From: Camelus ferus
Lineage: Eukaryota
Reading direction: 5' to 3'
DNA length: 64,000 nt
Assembly: GCF_009834535.1 (NCBI RefSeq)
Contig: NC_045697.1
Location: 58,158,001 to 58,222,000, forward strand
Part shown: positions 51,304-64,000 of the stretch, one piece after another
How the letters are laid out: every line of letters starts with the position of its first letter
Position numbering within the stretch: position 1 is the stretch's first letter
Position numbers and translations under genes: made by a program
The notes under the pieces: generated by a model
The model's database searches: none
Seen by the model: the letters and a program-made list of their open reading frames with translations, nothing else
Told to the model about the DNA's origin: nothing

Positions 51304-54300
51304 ATCTAAAAAAAGATCAAACAGAATTTCTAGAATTGATAAATACTATTATCAAGAGATTGAAATAACTGAGAAGACACACTGAATTTAGTAGGAAAAA
51401 TGAGAAATTAACTAAAAACAAGCACCAAGAGACCAAAAAAAAAAAAAAGACTAGGCAATTAAAAAGAGAAACACACAGGATAAAGAGAAAATCTAGAACA
51501 AGGAAATTAAAAAGAGACAGAAACACACAGGATAAAGAGAAAAATCTAGAATAAGAATTTAACTAGAATATCAGAATAAAATACAGTATGCAATTTATGA
51601 TGAGATTATGGGTGAGAAGTCTACTGCATCTCAAGCAGGTAAATGAAACAAAATCTATACCTACCACACTGCAGTAAAACTACAGAAAAAAAAAAAGACA
51701 ATAATGTTAACAACAATTAGAGAAAAAAAGATTACCTCCAAAATAAAACAGAATTCTAACTGACTTCTCAAAAGCAACAATGGGAACCAAAGATAGTCAA
51801 ATGATATATCCAAGCAAGTGAAATAAAATAAGTACAACCTAAACTTTCATATATGGGGAAGATACTTTCAAGGATGAGGAAAAGATGAAGATACTTAAAA
51901 TTTTTTTTAAAAGTACTCAGTGAATTTATCACCAACAGATCCAAACATCACAAAATAACAGAGGAAGTTTTATGGGAGGAAAACAAGCTATACGTGTGTG
52001 AGAGAGAGAATAGTAAATATAGTATAATCATGTGCAGAGGGATTTATAAAGTTTCTATACTAGGAGGAAAATAAAATAATTGATTAGACTAAAGTTTTGG
52101 TAAGTTACAGAGCATATAATATGCATGATAACAAACAACTAAAGAGAAAACGACTATATAACTTTACTACAGCAGGAAAAAAATAATTTAAAAAAGAAGA
52201 AGAATAGAAATAAAAGGCAGAACAAACAGAATCATATTGTAACAAAAAGCTGTAAAGTCTGCTACCAAAAATTATATTTATTATAAGAACTAAATATTCT
52301 AATTTTTAAGATTGTCAGTTGTATTTTTTAAATCCCTGTTGTTTAGAGAAGAAATTATACTAAAAGTATTAAATTAATGTAAACATAAGGGATATAGAGT
52401 TGTATGATAAATGCTAGAAAAAGATTTATTGTACAAAGAACAACAAATAGCACAAAGCTGGAATAGATACATTAATATCAGTAAATGTCTGTATTAAGGC
52501 AAAGGCATTAGTAGAAATCAAGAGGATTACTTCATAATGATAATAGTTTAATTCATCAAGACTATATAAACATTTTTTTAAAATCCAATAACTATCCTTG
52601 AGTATTAAAAAGTAAATATTGGTATTAACTACAAGAATAAATGGAAAAATCCATAATCACAGTAGTCACTTTCAAAGTTCCTCTCTAGGTACATAACAGA
52701 AGAACTGGAGAAAAGTAGATTATTTGAAGAACATAATAATGGAACAACTGCAGAATATATCTGCTGTGAAAGCACACATGAAATCTTTTTTTTTTAATTG
52801 ACTATGTACTGAGCTATAAATCAAGTCTCAAAATATTTTAAAGGATTGAAATAGAGTTTATTTTCTGGCTATAATGTACTTTTGCTAGACATCAATAACA
52901 AAAAGTTAACTAAAAAATGTCCAAATGTTTGGAAATCATAATAGGAAAATTAAAACATACTTTGCAGTTATTGAAAATGAACAGACTACATATCAAAATC
53001 ATAAGATGAACCAAAGCAATACATAGAAGACAACTCATAGTTTTAATTGCATACATTAGGAAAAAGGAAAGATTGAGAAATATGAGTTAGATATCCATCT
53101 CAAAATTATAAAATGAATAAAATAGACTGAAATAAATAGAAAAGAATATAGTAGAAATTAATCAAATAGAAAACAAATACATTATAGGATCTACAAAGCA
53201 AAAAGTAGCTTATTTGAAAAAGAAGATAAGCCACTAAACACAAAATTGATAAATCTCTAGTAAGACTGGAGAACAAGAAAAAGAGAGAAGGTCCAAATAC
53301 AGTACAGTATTGGGCTTGGAAAACTCATCACCACAGATCTTATAGTCATTAAAAGATAATGAGGAAGTTATCCCAAGATAAAAATTCTAAACAAAATATT
53401 ATCAAACTGAAAACAGTAATATAAAATATTACAATATATCACAACCAAGTTCAGTTAATTCCAAGAATGTTAAGTTGAATCTGTAATCCATTTTCCTTCA
53501 TTAATAGGTTAAACAGGAAAATCATATATCATCTCAATTCAAGTAGAAATACTCGATAACATTCAAATCATAGAAAACTGACATAAAAGGAAGCTTTCTT
53601 AATCTGATAGAATATCTCTAAAAATAAGATCCTACAAAAATATAGAAAATCATAAAAATTAGTAGTGTTCCTCTTGAGAGCTGGTAAAAGGCAAGGCTAA
53701 TCTTTATTACCACCTCCATTTAACTTAGGTTTAAGGGTTATAAGAAGTAAAATAAAATGAGAAAAATAAGTAAGTTTTTTTTATTTTTAAGAAAACTGTA
53801 AACCTTTATTGATAGAAATAAAACATCCAGATATACTATGTTCATGTATATTAGATTTAATTTGTTAAGATTTCCCCCCTAGGTTTTACAGATTTAATAC
53901 ACTCTTAATCATTGTAATATAATGTGTATGCCTGTGTTTGTGGAATAGAACAAGCTGAATCTGACATCTAAATAGAAAGTCTGAGGGCCAAATACAGACA
54001 AGAAACTCTTGAAAAAAATCAAACAAGTAGTAAAAATTACATTGCCAGAGTTTAAGACATTTATAAAGCTGTACAACTGTGTGTGCTATTAGCACAAGGA
54101 TAGAAGAATGGAATGGAATGGAATGGAACAGAACAGAATAGAAAGAGCCTAGAAAAAGCCCTATGCATATTTAAATGAACACTTGGGTTTTTTTTAACAG
54201 CAGAACTGCAGAGCAATGGAGACAGTATAGTTTTTTTAATGTATGACGCTGGGAAACTCATATTCTTAAATAGGAAAAAATTAATTGGACATTTACCACA

Positions 54301-54460
54301 CAGTCAACAAAAAATAAGTTTCATAGAGTTTATAGGCATAAATATGAAAGAGACAAATAAAAGCCTTCCGAAAAGTAATATTAAAAATATCTTCACATTC
54401 TAATGTAGAAAACAGTATTTAAAATAAGTTACCGAATGATCTAAACAAGGAAGAAACAAG
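51304..54460 (+). mobile_element. Ancient L1 (L1MD/L1ME-like) ORF1/ORF2 remnant (right part of the host element)
   Basis: Highly diverged ORF1/ORF2 motifs (tgacttctcaaaagcaacaatgg, aagaggattacttcataatgataatag, tacagatttaatacactcttaatca). Confidence 0.8.
54106..54140 (+). repeat. (GAATG)4(GAACA)2 pentamer repeat inside the old L1
   Basis: Directly visible. Confidence 0.85.
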
Positions 54461-54594
54461 ACAAAAAGAAGACGGGTGTGCACTCTCTAAGAACTTAGTC
54501 CTTTCCTCTGAGATGACTGGTTCCCGAGATCCTCTGGTTCCAGGCCTTCTGGAGTCTGGTCTTCAATCCTCTACTCTGTGAACTCCATACATAA

Positions 54595-54925
54595 TGTGGC
54601 CGAGGCAATTAGTGCTCAGTATTTCATGCCTTCTTCTGCTTTCCCCACTCTTTTGTAATTAAGTGGCAGTTGTTTAACCTGTTTCGGTCAATGAACCATA
54701 AGTAGAAGTAATGAATGTTCTTTCCTGACCTAGGCAGTTCACCAGTGGTATTCCTTTTCTTCCTTTTTACAGTATACTGGCTGCCAAGTGTTCCATATAG
54801 TGTAGTCTAAGATGAAAAAAGGCTGCTCAACTTGTCTCTAACTTAGCATAAGAAAAAATAAGCAACTGAGACTTTGCAGTTTAATTTTTATTTGGAAAGC
54901 CAGAGTGGGTGTCTGCCCTAATTTA
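54595..54925 (+). mobile_element. Old MLT1 (I/J-like) LTR
   Basis: ggtcaatgaaccataagtagaagtaatgaatgttctttcctg and ttagcataagaaaaaataagcaactgagacttt. Confidence 0.6.
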
Positions 54926-55989
54926 CGGACCAAAAAAGAAAAATAATAAATTTGTTGGGTCTAAATATGAGTATATAATCTTGTTTTATGTGGTCCCTGA
55001 CTGCTGCTTGCAAGGACAGGAGAGTTTTTTTTTTTTTTAATATATTTAAGGAAATAAAAATAGTCTAAAGAACAAAACAAAGTATTAATTTTCAGTGAAA
55101 ATACTTGTCAGAATCTCATTACTTTCACAGATGAGTTCTAACTAATCTTGCTGCTGTACCAACTAAACTGGAGATACAAATGTCTTCATCTCCTTATTAT
55201 ATACTTACAAGAAATGAAAAATTCATGCCTAATTCTCAGATAGTAGAAATAATAAGTTCTTTGATTTAAGCTATTACAGTATAGTTTGTTGTCAACCACC
55301 ATGCACATTTCAAAATATAAACTGGAAATGTAAGATCAAAGTGTAAATTAAAATTTAAAAACTCTTTGAAAGACTTTGCTTTTCTTCTTTTGTCTGTTAA
55401 AGCAGATCTCATCTTCAAGCATAACGTATTTTGGGAAATGGGACTTTCATTGGAAAACAAGTTCCAATATATTTCCTAACAGCATTATTCTCAAAAGATA
55501 ACACACACAAAAAAATTCTTGGGTGATAATTATTATTAATTTTTTTAAAAAACATGTTACTGAAGAATAATGATTTTTAAATTCACATATCATATAGAAT
55601 TTTAGCAACGATGCTAAGAGTAAAGAGCAAAAAGCCCAATCTCTATTTTACAACATTATGGCCAGATAAGAGGGAAAAATACGAAAATATTGGTGGGCAT
55701 AGCTTTTAAGAAAATCATTTAATCCCTTATATTTAAAAATTGATAGGACTGACTTCTGAAATCCGAAATCTGAATCTCTGAAATCTGATGCCTGATGGGT
55801 TTGCTATGATGCTCTATCTTTTAAAAAGGCACAAATTCTTTAGACTTTGGCTATTGAAATATTGCAACCACATCAGTGGAGGTATGAAATTGATTCTGTC
55901 ATATGAGACCTCCAGATTTAGTATTTATCAAAATTCTACATAGTTTGTGAAAATATAGTACCTGTGGGAAAGCAGAACATCAAACTCAT

Positions 55990-57305
55990 CTGACAGAGAG
56001 CCACCAGAATTAATTCTTTTAAAACCTAAGTTTAGGTAATCACTACATGCCTCCTGTTCTGATCTTAGCATCACATACACAAACTAAGCTGGCAGAATTC
56101 CGCTTCTTCCTGCATCTAACAGATCCCTCCCTGTCTGTGCCATCTGTTGCATTCTGTAGAAGCCCCACCCCATAAAAAACTTCTCTACATGTCCTAATTT
56201 AATTTTTCTGGAATTTTCTGTCTTACACTTTTTATTCCCCATCCCTGGCTTCTCCTTTTGGAGATATGCTTTTCTAAGTTAAATGTTTTCTCAAGGAAAT
56301 CTCATGCTGAACTTTCATCTCTTCTTCCTATAGACTAAGAACTCTCATTCCTATAATCCTATTTAGTATTTAAATGTTAATGTCTTTCAAAAACATAAAC
56401 CCAGCCCAAGAAACTCCAATAAACATCAGATCTTAGATGCAAATGCTTAGCTCCTATCATAAACATTTGCCTTATATTCAATTTTTTATCTTCTTTCATA
56501 ATCTTCTGCTCCAATGATTTTTACCTCAAGGGCATCACAATACTGTATTTCCACTTAACGATGGCAATATTCAACCTGGATGTTACTCTGAATTCTTCTA
56601 ACTCCCTCACCAACAGCCTCATCCAGTTCATCACCAAGATCTGTCAGTAACAGCCGTGAAATCTGTCAAAACTGCCTACCTCACTAGTGGGTCACTGTCC
56701 TTGTCTAGACTTCCCTGGACGACTGATAGTACCCCTGCCTTCATTTGTGCTTCCATCCAACCCATTTCCCACAATGAATCAAAGCTGGATCTCTAAATCC
56801 CAAGTCTAACTCCCATGCCTGGTCTTCAGTAACTACTCACAGTTTCTATAATAAAATTCAAGTGTCTATCATTGCATGATACATAGGCTATGTTTCTAAC
56901 TGATCTTACTCCCTGTTTCTCTTAGAATTATATCAAAGCAAACTTCCTTTAGTTATTTAAGCCTATTACCCTTATTAAAGGTCTTTGCCCATGCTGTTAA
57001 TTTTATTAGGAACTTTAAACCTTTGGTCCCTACTCTTTTAGCTTAACTCAGCTTTCTTTCAGTTCTTCATTTAGCTATCTCTTACCGGCAAGCATTTCCT
57101 GACCCTCAAGTCAGAGTTAAGTAACTTTCTTGGCAGGCATTTCCTGACTCTCAAGACCTAGTTAAGTAATTTTCTTATGTGTTGCCATAGCTCCCTATAA
57201 TTCCCCTCCATCACCCTCACCGTGAAATACTATAATGGGCAATGGCCTCAACTGTTTTACCCAGTCTCCAGTGCTTCGTACAGATACCAGCACTTGTAAT
57301 ATTTA
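55990..57305 (+). mobile_element. LINE-2 fragments
   Basis: C/T-rich degenerate L2 motifs (atccagttcatcaccaagatctgtca, ggtctttgcccatgctgtt, gcatttcctgaccctc). Confidence 0.6.
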
Positions 57306-59360
57306 ATTAGTAGATTAATGAGGTCAAAACTTTTATCAGTCCACAACGAAGAACCATCTGCAGAATAAAAGGCAATGTGAAACCACTTTATTTTTCTTCT
57401 AAAACACTTTTTGAAAAAATGATTCTCAGTTAAAACTTTCCTTATCTTAAATAAAGAAGATTTGATTCAATTTTTCCCCACTTTTTCATTCTAGGTGTTT
57501 AATAAAGAATACACATGTTAATGTTAACAATATTCTAAGCATGCCTAGCAGCAATATTGTGAAACTCTATATGCTTCTATTAGCAATAATTGGCAACATT
57601 GCCCCTGATGGACAAGCTATTATCAATCCTAGCCCCAGTTGTCTCATTTTGAATGCTTATCTATAACCAATTGCTAGAGCCAAAATTTTTTCTATTGTTA
57701 TCTCTCTTAGAGGATGATTTATTTGATAGCTCACTGCAAACACAATTTATTCCCAAATTATCCTATCCATTCTATTATTCCCTTTCTATTATCTTGAGAC
57801 TCCAAAAGACTGCATAAAAAGATGAGGTGCCAAATTCACTGTAACTTTTAGAAACAGAGTGATGTTGTTAAATTTTCTGATGAAATTTTGGGAATGTATC
57901 TCTGTCTTTCCAATTAACTCTGATTGATGCCTGATTGATGAAGGATGGTGGTGAGAATCTGTCAATGAAGTCTCATGTAAATACACGTGTAAGTGTTTAA
58001 GATATGTCACTTGAAATTTTCTGGCAGTGTCTCAAAGTTGATCTTCTAAATTGATTTCTATCATTAGCACCATTGTATGAAATGAATCCACAATTTGCTT
58101 TAGGGCTCAAGAACAACTGTATAAACACTCAGATAATCAAAGCGCACTGAATCAGTTGGTTTTAGTTAAAGGGAGACCAAACATTCAATGATTAAGGAAG
58201 TTAAATATACAATACAGTAAGGATTTCAGTAAGTTTAGCAAACTCTTTGAAATTAGATACCTTTCAGTGCATTCCAGGAATCAGCCATTTACTTAGATTT
58301 ATAACTTTATATTCTACTTTAATTATTTCTACTCTGAAAGCCCATTGTTGGTACTTTCCATATCGTCCCATCTTCATTCAGTACAGTAAAGAGCATATTC
58401 TCCCCATTTAGTCTCTGAACCCAATAATGGTTTCCAAAATGTTTTGGCCTTTCCTGAAGTCCTATTACATATCAGCATTGTCTTTTATTCATGTAAGTGT
58501 TCCTTAAATTTAATTTTTAACATATTGTGTTATGCAGCCATCACAATTTAATTGGCCCAATTTCATTAGGAAATTGAAATAATAGATGCAAATTCCATAG
58601 TTCTCTCACCCCTGAAAACCAATGTGAAACTAAGATACTAGTATTATAAAGGAAAAATATACCAGGCTATATTTTAAAAGATCACTGGAACACTGACCTG
58701 TTTAGGTTGTCAGATTTGATCCAGAGATGTTTACTGCTCATATTCAATTTTGAACCTACAGCCCATCAAACCAGATGATTTAAATGTAAATAAACATTGT
58801 AAGTTAGTTTGGGATCTGACATTAATCAAATTTCCCAAGTCTGTTGGAATATCAGAATCATTTGGGAAACGATATATATTCCTTGTCCCAACCTCAAAAC
58901 ATTCTGAGTTAATAGACTGGAAAGGTGTTCAGAAACCTGTACTTTTTAAATGTTCCCATAAGAACATATACTTTTCATATGTTTGTTTTAATAATATTTA
59001 CATAAATTATTCTAAACTATATGGGAGTTGCTACAGTCCAATTTTTTAATACACACAATCAAAATATAAATTCATATATTGGCAGGACATATGCTAACTT
59101 TTTAATGGTTACCTCTGGGGAGGTAGGGAAGAAAATGGGACTGGGAGAGAGAATTCTTTAACTCTGTGATAGTGTTTTTCCTTAAAAAGGAAAAGTTAAA
59201 ACAATGGCAAAATGTTAACTGTCAAATTTTGATTTTGGGTATATACATTACTGTTATTTTATGTTATGTTTTATATATTTAAAATATTTTATAATTTAAA
59301 AAAAATACTGTCTCCAGGTAATTCAGATCACCATCCATGATGGAGAACTATTGGAATAAT

Positions 59361-59469
59361 GCCTGAGCAATGTAATTTATCATCCAATCTGGGATATGGT
59401 TGAGAATTAGAGAGTGCTATTAATAAGTTTACCAGAATGAGAGGCAAACTAGAATGTACGGTCACCCTA
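59361..59469. mobile_element. MER81 (hAT-Blackjack)
   Basis: taatttatcatccaatctggga...gtgctattaataa...gtacggtcacccta. Confidence 0.8.
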
Positions 59470-60112
59470 AAAATAAACTACTTAAAGTCCTACTTAATGT
59501 ATGAACTTCTTAACAGGAAAGTTTATTTTCTATCATTTCCCCTATCTCCTTGGTTATTGATCTAATTTGCCCAATTTACTATCCATTTTTTTCAGTGAAG
59601 CAATTTTTAGTAACATAATTTTCAAAAAAGTCATATAATACATAGGGGAAATATAGGAAAATTTGCAAATTAAAATACTTCTAAGATGCAATAAGATGGA
59701 GTTAGTCAATAGTATTTATTGAACACAATATTTCAAAGTAAAGGCATCAGGTGATGTGATGTCAAAAACTGAACAAAAATATACAGTCTTTGACCTCAAG
59801 AAATTTCTATTTCAGTTAACTCTACAAACAAAATACCAAAAACAAACGAAGAAATACAGATTCTGCAATGTGTAAGAATAGAATGACAAGTAACTACTAT
59901 TGAAAGGCCAGGTACTAATGGATAGCAAAGTTAAACAGTAAGTAATGTAATCAGCACCAGTGCCAAGTTTCAGAGCTGTTTCTCTTTTTCACAGGTGTGT
60001 CCTTGCTGTCACCACAGGCTCTTTGGACTCTTGCTTTTCCAGTTTGTAAATTATATCACCAGCCCATAGAGATGATCTGTTCTGTACTATTTGACCAAGA
60101 TGCAAGACTCAA

Positions 60113-60670
60113 TCTGTTTCAGTTAGAAAGTTTTATATAACTATGTAGAAAAGTCCCCCCAAATGTACGTAAGGGGGAAAAAAGCAATTTATTGGCTCAA
60201 GCAGGTGAATAGTCCAGATGTAGCTTAATCTAGGGCTCAAATGATACGACCAGGGACCACTTTACTTCCCTACATTCTTAGTTCCTTCTTCAGTGTTGGC
60301 TTCATTCATAAGCCATTTTTCCTCTTAGCCACGAAATTACTTCCAGCAATCCCCAAGTTATTACCCTGGGGATTCACATCCAGAGGAAAAGAAATTGTTT
60401 CCTAGGCCTTTAAAACAGAAACCCTGGAATTTCAAGCAGAAATTCTAACAGTGATCTAGCCTGACTGGAGTCAAGGATACTTCCCTGCATCAGCTGTGGC
60501 TGAGGTTGGAACTTGCAGATGTCTGGATAGGTTTACCCTAAATCTTATGCTCCACTGAGTCATGCATCCAAAGTAGACAGGCTGTGAGGGCCACTAGGTG
60601 GTTCCCAAAAGCAAAGTGAACATATTGTAGCCCTAAGAAAGGAGAATGAATGCTGCATGGGCAAAAAAGA
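60113..60670 (-). mobile_element. MLT1J-like LTR
   Basis: aatttattggctca...atctagggctcaaatgat...cagtgttggcttcattc...aagaaaggagaatgaatgctgcatgggcaaaa. Confidence 0.75.
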
Positions 60671-60806
60671 AGGAAAGAAGGAATTGAAGAACAGAGAGAG
60701 AAAAGAAAGAAGGAAGGGGGAGGGAGGAAGGGAAAACGAAGGCCAAATGAGAAAGAAGGAAGGAGGGAGGAAAGGAAAAAAGATAGAAAATAGTCCACTA
60801 AAATAG

Positions 60807-61296
60807 CAGTATGTAAATAAATGTTAAACAATCAGCTTTCCAAAAAAAAGCAAAGGCAAAAAACAAAAACAAAATATGACTTTCTTTGTCATGTTTGACC
60901 ATTTTTATGCTGCAAATTCTCCCACTGTGATGATTTCAAGATATCAGGTCACTCTGGAACATTGTGCTGTACACCAGGAATTGACACATTGTAACTGACT
61001 GTACTTCAATTAAAAATAAATTAAAAAAATTTTTTAAGATATCAAGTCACTGAATGCAGAGTTGGGTAGAGAATAACCTCAAAGGCAAAACCAATAGTAT
61101 TCTGTAGTAAATAATTAAAAAGTGATATGTTTTCAGGGCTTATTAAGTTTGTTTTTAATGTGATTTATTTGCTTATAAGTTGATATAAGATAATTTTTTA
61201 AATAATGGCTGTGTTTAACAACTATCTCATAAAATCCCTGAAATTTTAAAAACTGGTTTTGTCCAGCCGGTCCAGTCTGGCTCCAGTACATCACTG
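60807..61296 (-). mobile_element. MER63-type (hAT-Blackjack) element
   Basis: aataatggctgtgtttaacaac...ctgaaattttaa...tggctccagtacatcactg terminus. Confidence 0.85.
60954..61035 (+). mobile_element. Extremely 5'-truncated lineage-specific L1 with 16-bp TSD
   Basis: tgctgtacaccaggaattgacacattgtaactgactgtacttcaattaaaa; TSD aagatatcaRgtcact at 60938-60953 and 61036-61051. Confidence 0.9.
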
Positions 61297-62854
61297 ACAG
61301 AGCACCTTGCTCAGTTTCTTTAAAATCACTCACACAAAACACACTATGCCTGTCCAGTGGTCTCCACCAAAGGTTTCGTGGAGCAGTCGCAGTTTTTTAT
61401 TAAAACACAAAAGCTCCAAATCAACCGTTCTATATTACTATTCTTCGAAATTCTTCATCCTCTGCACTACTATGACTTTCACTTTTTTTTTAATTTCACC
61501 TCAGGAAACACTCCCACTTCTCGTATTCAGATTTCTCTTCTCCCAGTTTTATTTCTATAAATGTATTCTCACAGCCCCTAAACATTGCACCCTCAACAAT
61601 CCTTCTCACTCACTTACGAAGAGTTATTTAACTGGATTTGATGCCTACACCCCAAAACAACTGCCAGCCTATCATTGTATTTGAAAAGCAAATATGAAAG
61701 AGTTTATAAAACTACAGTCCTGAAACAACCGGGGTTGTTTAAAATGCCGATTCCTCATTCCTGATACAGATCTAATTAGCATATTTGGGAAGAGGATCTA
61801 GATACCTCCTTGCTTATGAAACACTGCAGACACTGCAGGTGTTTTTAATGGACATGAAAGTGTGATGATACCATCAATAACAGACAGAACTAACAGGCTA
61901 GCTATTTGAAAGATAATCCTCGTTTGTGCATGTAATTTCCTCCTCTGTATTGTGTGCTGTAATGTCATTCTCCCCAAGGTCTCAATGACCACCTGAGAAG
62001 CCTACCCATCCTTGTAGACTTAGCCTAAAAGAGGTCTCTTAGCTACCCTTTTGACTGTCCTCTAGCCTCAGGACTTTCCTTGACCCTCATTTAACCCTCT
62101 CCATTTAAATTTAGCTGTTTCTATCACTAGGCATTTATAGCATGCAGCCCATCACCTCAATATTAGTGATTGTTTTTTTATCTACTTCCTCTAATAAACT
62201 GAAATCCCCTTCAAATTCAAGGCTGCTTCCTAGGCATCTGTGAATCACCTGTATTGAGCATAATGCCTGTCAAATACTATGCATTCCATAATCCTTGTTT
62301 ATTGATAAAGCAAATGAAGACAAAGAAAGTGAGAAATAGGAGGAAGAGGTCGGGGTGATATCAAAAAAAAGTAGAAAAGTAGAAAAGGAAATGAGGAAAG
62401 AAAAGACTAAAATGGAGGTGTTTAAGTTCTCATTTGGGCTCGGATTCCTGTTTCATTGAATAATATATTATTTTGCTCTCAGATAATTCAGATGTCTAAA
62501 AATAAGTGTCCATGGACTTTTATTAGAATAGAAATTTCTCCTAGTGCAGGTGTCCATCAGAATTCCAGGTTTTGGCATCAATTGTAACATAAATTAAACA
62601 ATGCCTGCTCAACTAACCTGCTTTTCACTTTTTCATATGTATTTCAGAAAATATTTCATATCAAATAAGCATAAAGATTACAAATCAGATGCCATAAAGT
62701 TCCAGGACATGGAAATGAAGAACAGAATTCCAAGCTAGCTGAGGTTACATGTAGCTTTCATGGATCAAAGAATAGAGCTCTGTTCCTTATCTTCTATGGA
62801 GACTTTTACTCATTATTTCTTAAAAAAAAAAAAAAAAAACCCACAAGTGAGCTA

Positions 62855-63317
62855 CAAGCATACCTCTGAGACATTGTGGGTTTGGTTCCAGACCACTGCA
62901 ATAAAGTAAATATTGCAATGAAGTGAGTCACACAAGTTTTTTGCTTTCCCAGTGCATATAAAAGTTATGTTTACACTATACCGTAGCCTATTAAGTGAAT
63001 AATAACATACTGAAAAAATGTACATACCTTAATTAAAAAATACTTTATTGCTAAAAAGTGAGTTGTAATCTTTTTGCAATAGTAACACTGAAGCTCACTG
63101 ATCACAGATCTTCATAACAAATTTAATAACGAAAGAGTTTAAAATATTGTGAGAATTACCAAAATGTGACATAGAGACAAAGGTGAGCAAATGCTGTTTG
63201 AAAAATGGCACCAATAGACTTGCTCAACACAGAGTTGCCACAAACAATTAGAAAAAAAAAAAATGCAGTATCTACGAAGTGCAATAAAGCTAAGCACAAT
63301 AAAACAAGGTACAACTG
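62855..63317 (-). mobile_element. Tigger1 internal-deletion derivative
   Basis: Ends caagcatacctc and aataaaacaaggtacaactg; TA flanks at 62853-54 and 63318-19. Confidence 0.92.
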
Positions 63318-64000
63318 TATTTCTCTGATTTTAAAGAGCCTAAGACATTGCTTATCAGTTTGTGGACAGCTCCTTATATATCCCCAGGTATTTTTAGAAA
63401 TCTGTAAGTTCTATACTAAAAAGGTATGTACTACACTTTGAGTTCTGTTAGACGGTTTTTGTGCCCATGTTTGCATTTGGATTCACAATTAAGCTGTCTC
63501 CAGTCAATCCTACTTTAGAAGTCACAGGCAAATAAAAACAAGACAGAGCCCAGCTTAACATGTAAACACTGTACTTGGCACCAAAGCCAAGTGAAGACCA
63601 AATGACATTAGAAAGTGCTAATGAACAAATGTATTCCACTTAATTTAAGGAGGAAAAAATGGTAGGAAATGTGAGGCCACAGAGGGCAACCAGAAGTTGA
63701 GTTGTGCCAAAAATCAAAGGAACAGCAACACAGTCATCACAATCAGTCACAATGGGAACAGCAATTTAGATTCAGCAAAACAATCTTGTCTGTCATATTA
63801 AATTAATGTCAATTTGAACTTTATTGGGTTTGCAGACATGCTTATATTTCATGTGTAAATTTTATTTTAGTTTTAAAGTTCCTTACGAGAGAAAAGCATG
63901 AAGAGTTTATCCCCCCTTTTAGGTGCGATATATAAACAACAGTATAATAAGACTCTGCACTGAGACTGGTAAGCCATGAGAATATTTTTTTCCTTTACAA

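Noticed and set aside
62612..62745. Strong + strand branch point and acceptor (actaac...tttcag)
   Set aside because: Stops in all frames before a poor donor, and opposite to the inferred host strand; a noncoding exon cannot be excluded.
63573..63592. NFI-like palindrome TTGGC...GCCAA
   Set aside because: The spacer is 6 nt rather than the canonical 5.

Overview
AT-rich, repeat-dense mammalian nuclear DNA, most likely camelid: it has three tRNA-Ala-derived SINEs of the vic-1 type and a camelid-style L1 3' end. No intact protein-coding gene, RNA gene, CpG island or CRISPR array could be supported. The window is dominated by two near-full-length decayed LINE-1 elements (941-8272 and 45054-51288; the second is nested, with a target-site duplication, in an older L1). 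It also holds many older L1/L2/MIR/HAL1 fragments, MaLR/ERVL/ERV1 LTRs, an ERV-L gag-pro remnant, and Tigger and hAT DNA transposons. L1 orientation is strongly biased to the + strand, which suggests an intron of an unidentified minus-strand gene. The most notable observations are a probable ancient L1 3' transduction inside an ERV-L LTR, a chimeric L1 (younger body joined to an L1MC-type 3' end), recurrent microsatellite birth at the same L1 positions, an antisense ORF0-like reading frame in an L1 5' UTR, two homeobox-motif clusters in unique DNA, and weak candidate minus-strand exons. Repeat family names come from recalled consensus similarity, not from a database search, and boundaries of old elements are approximate.
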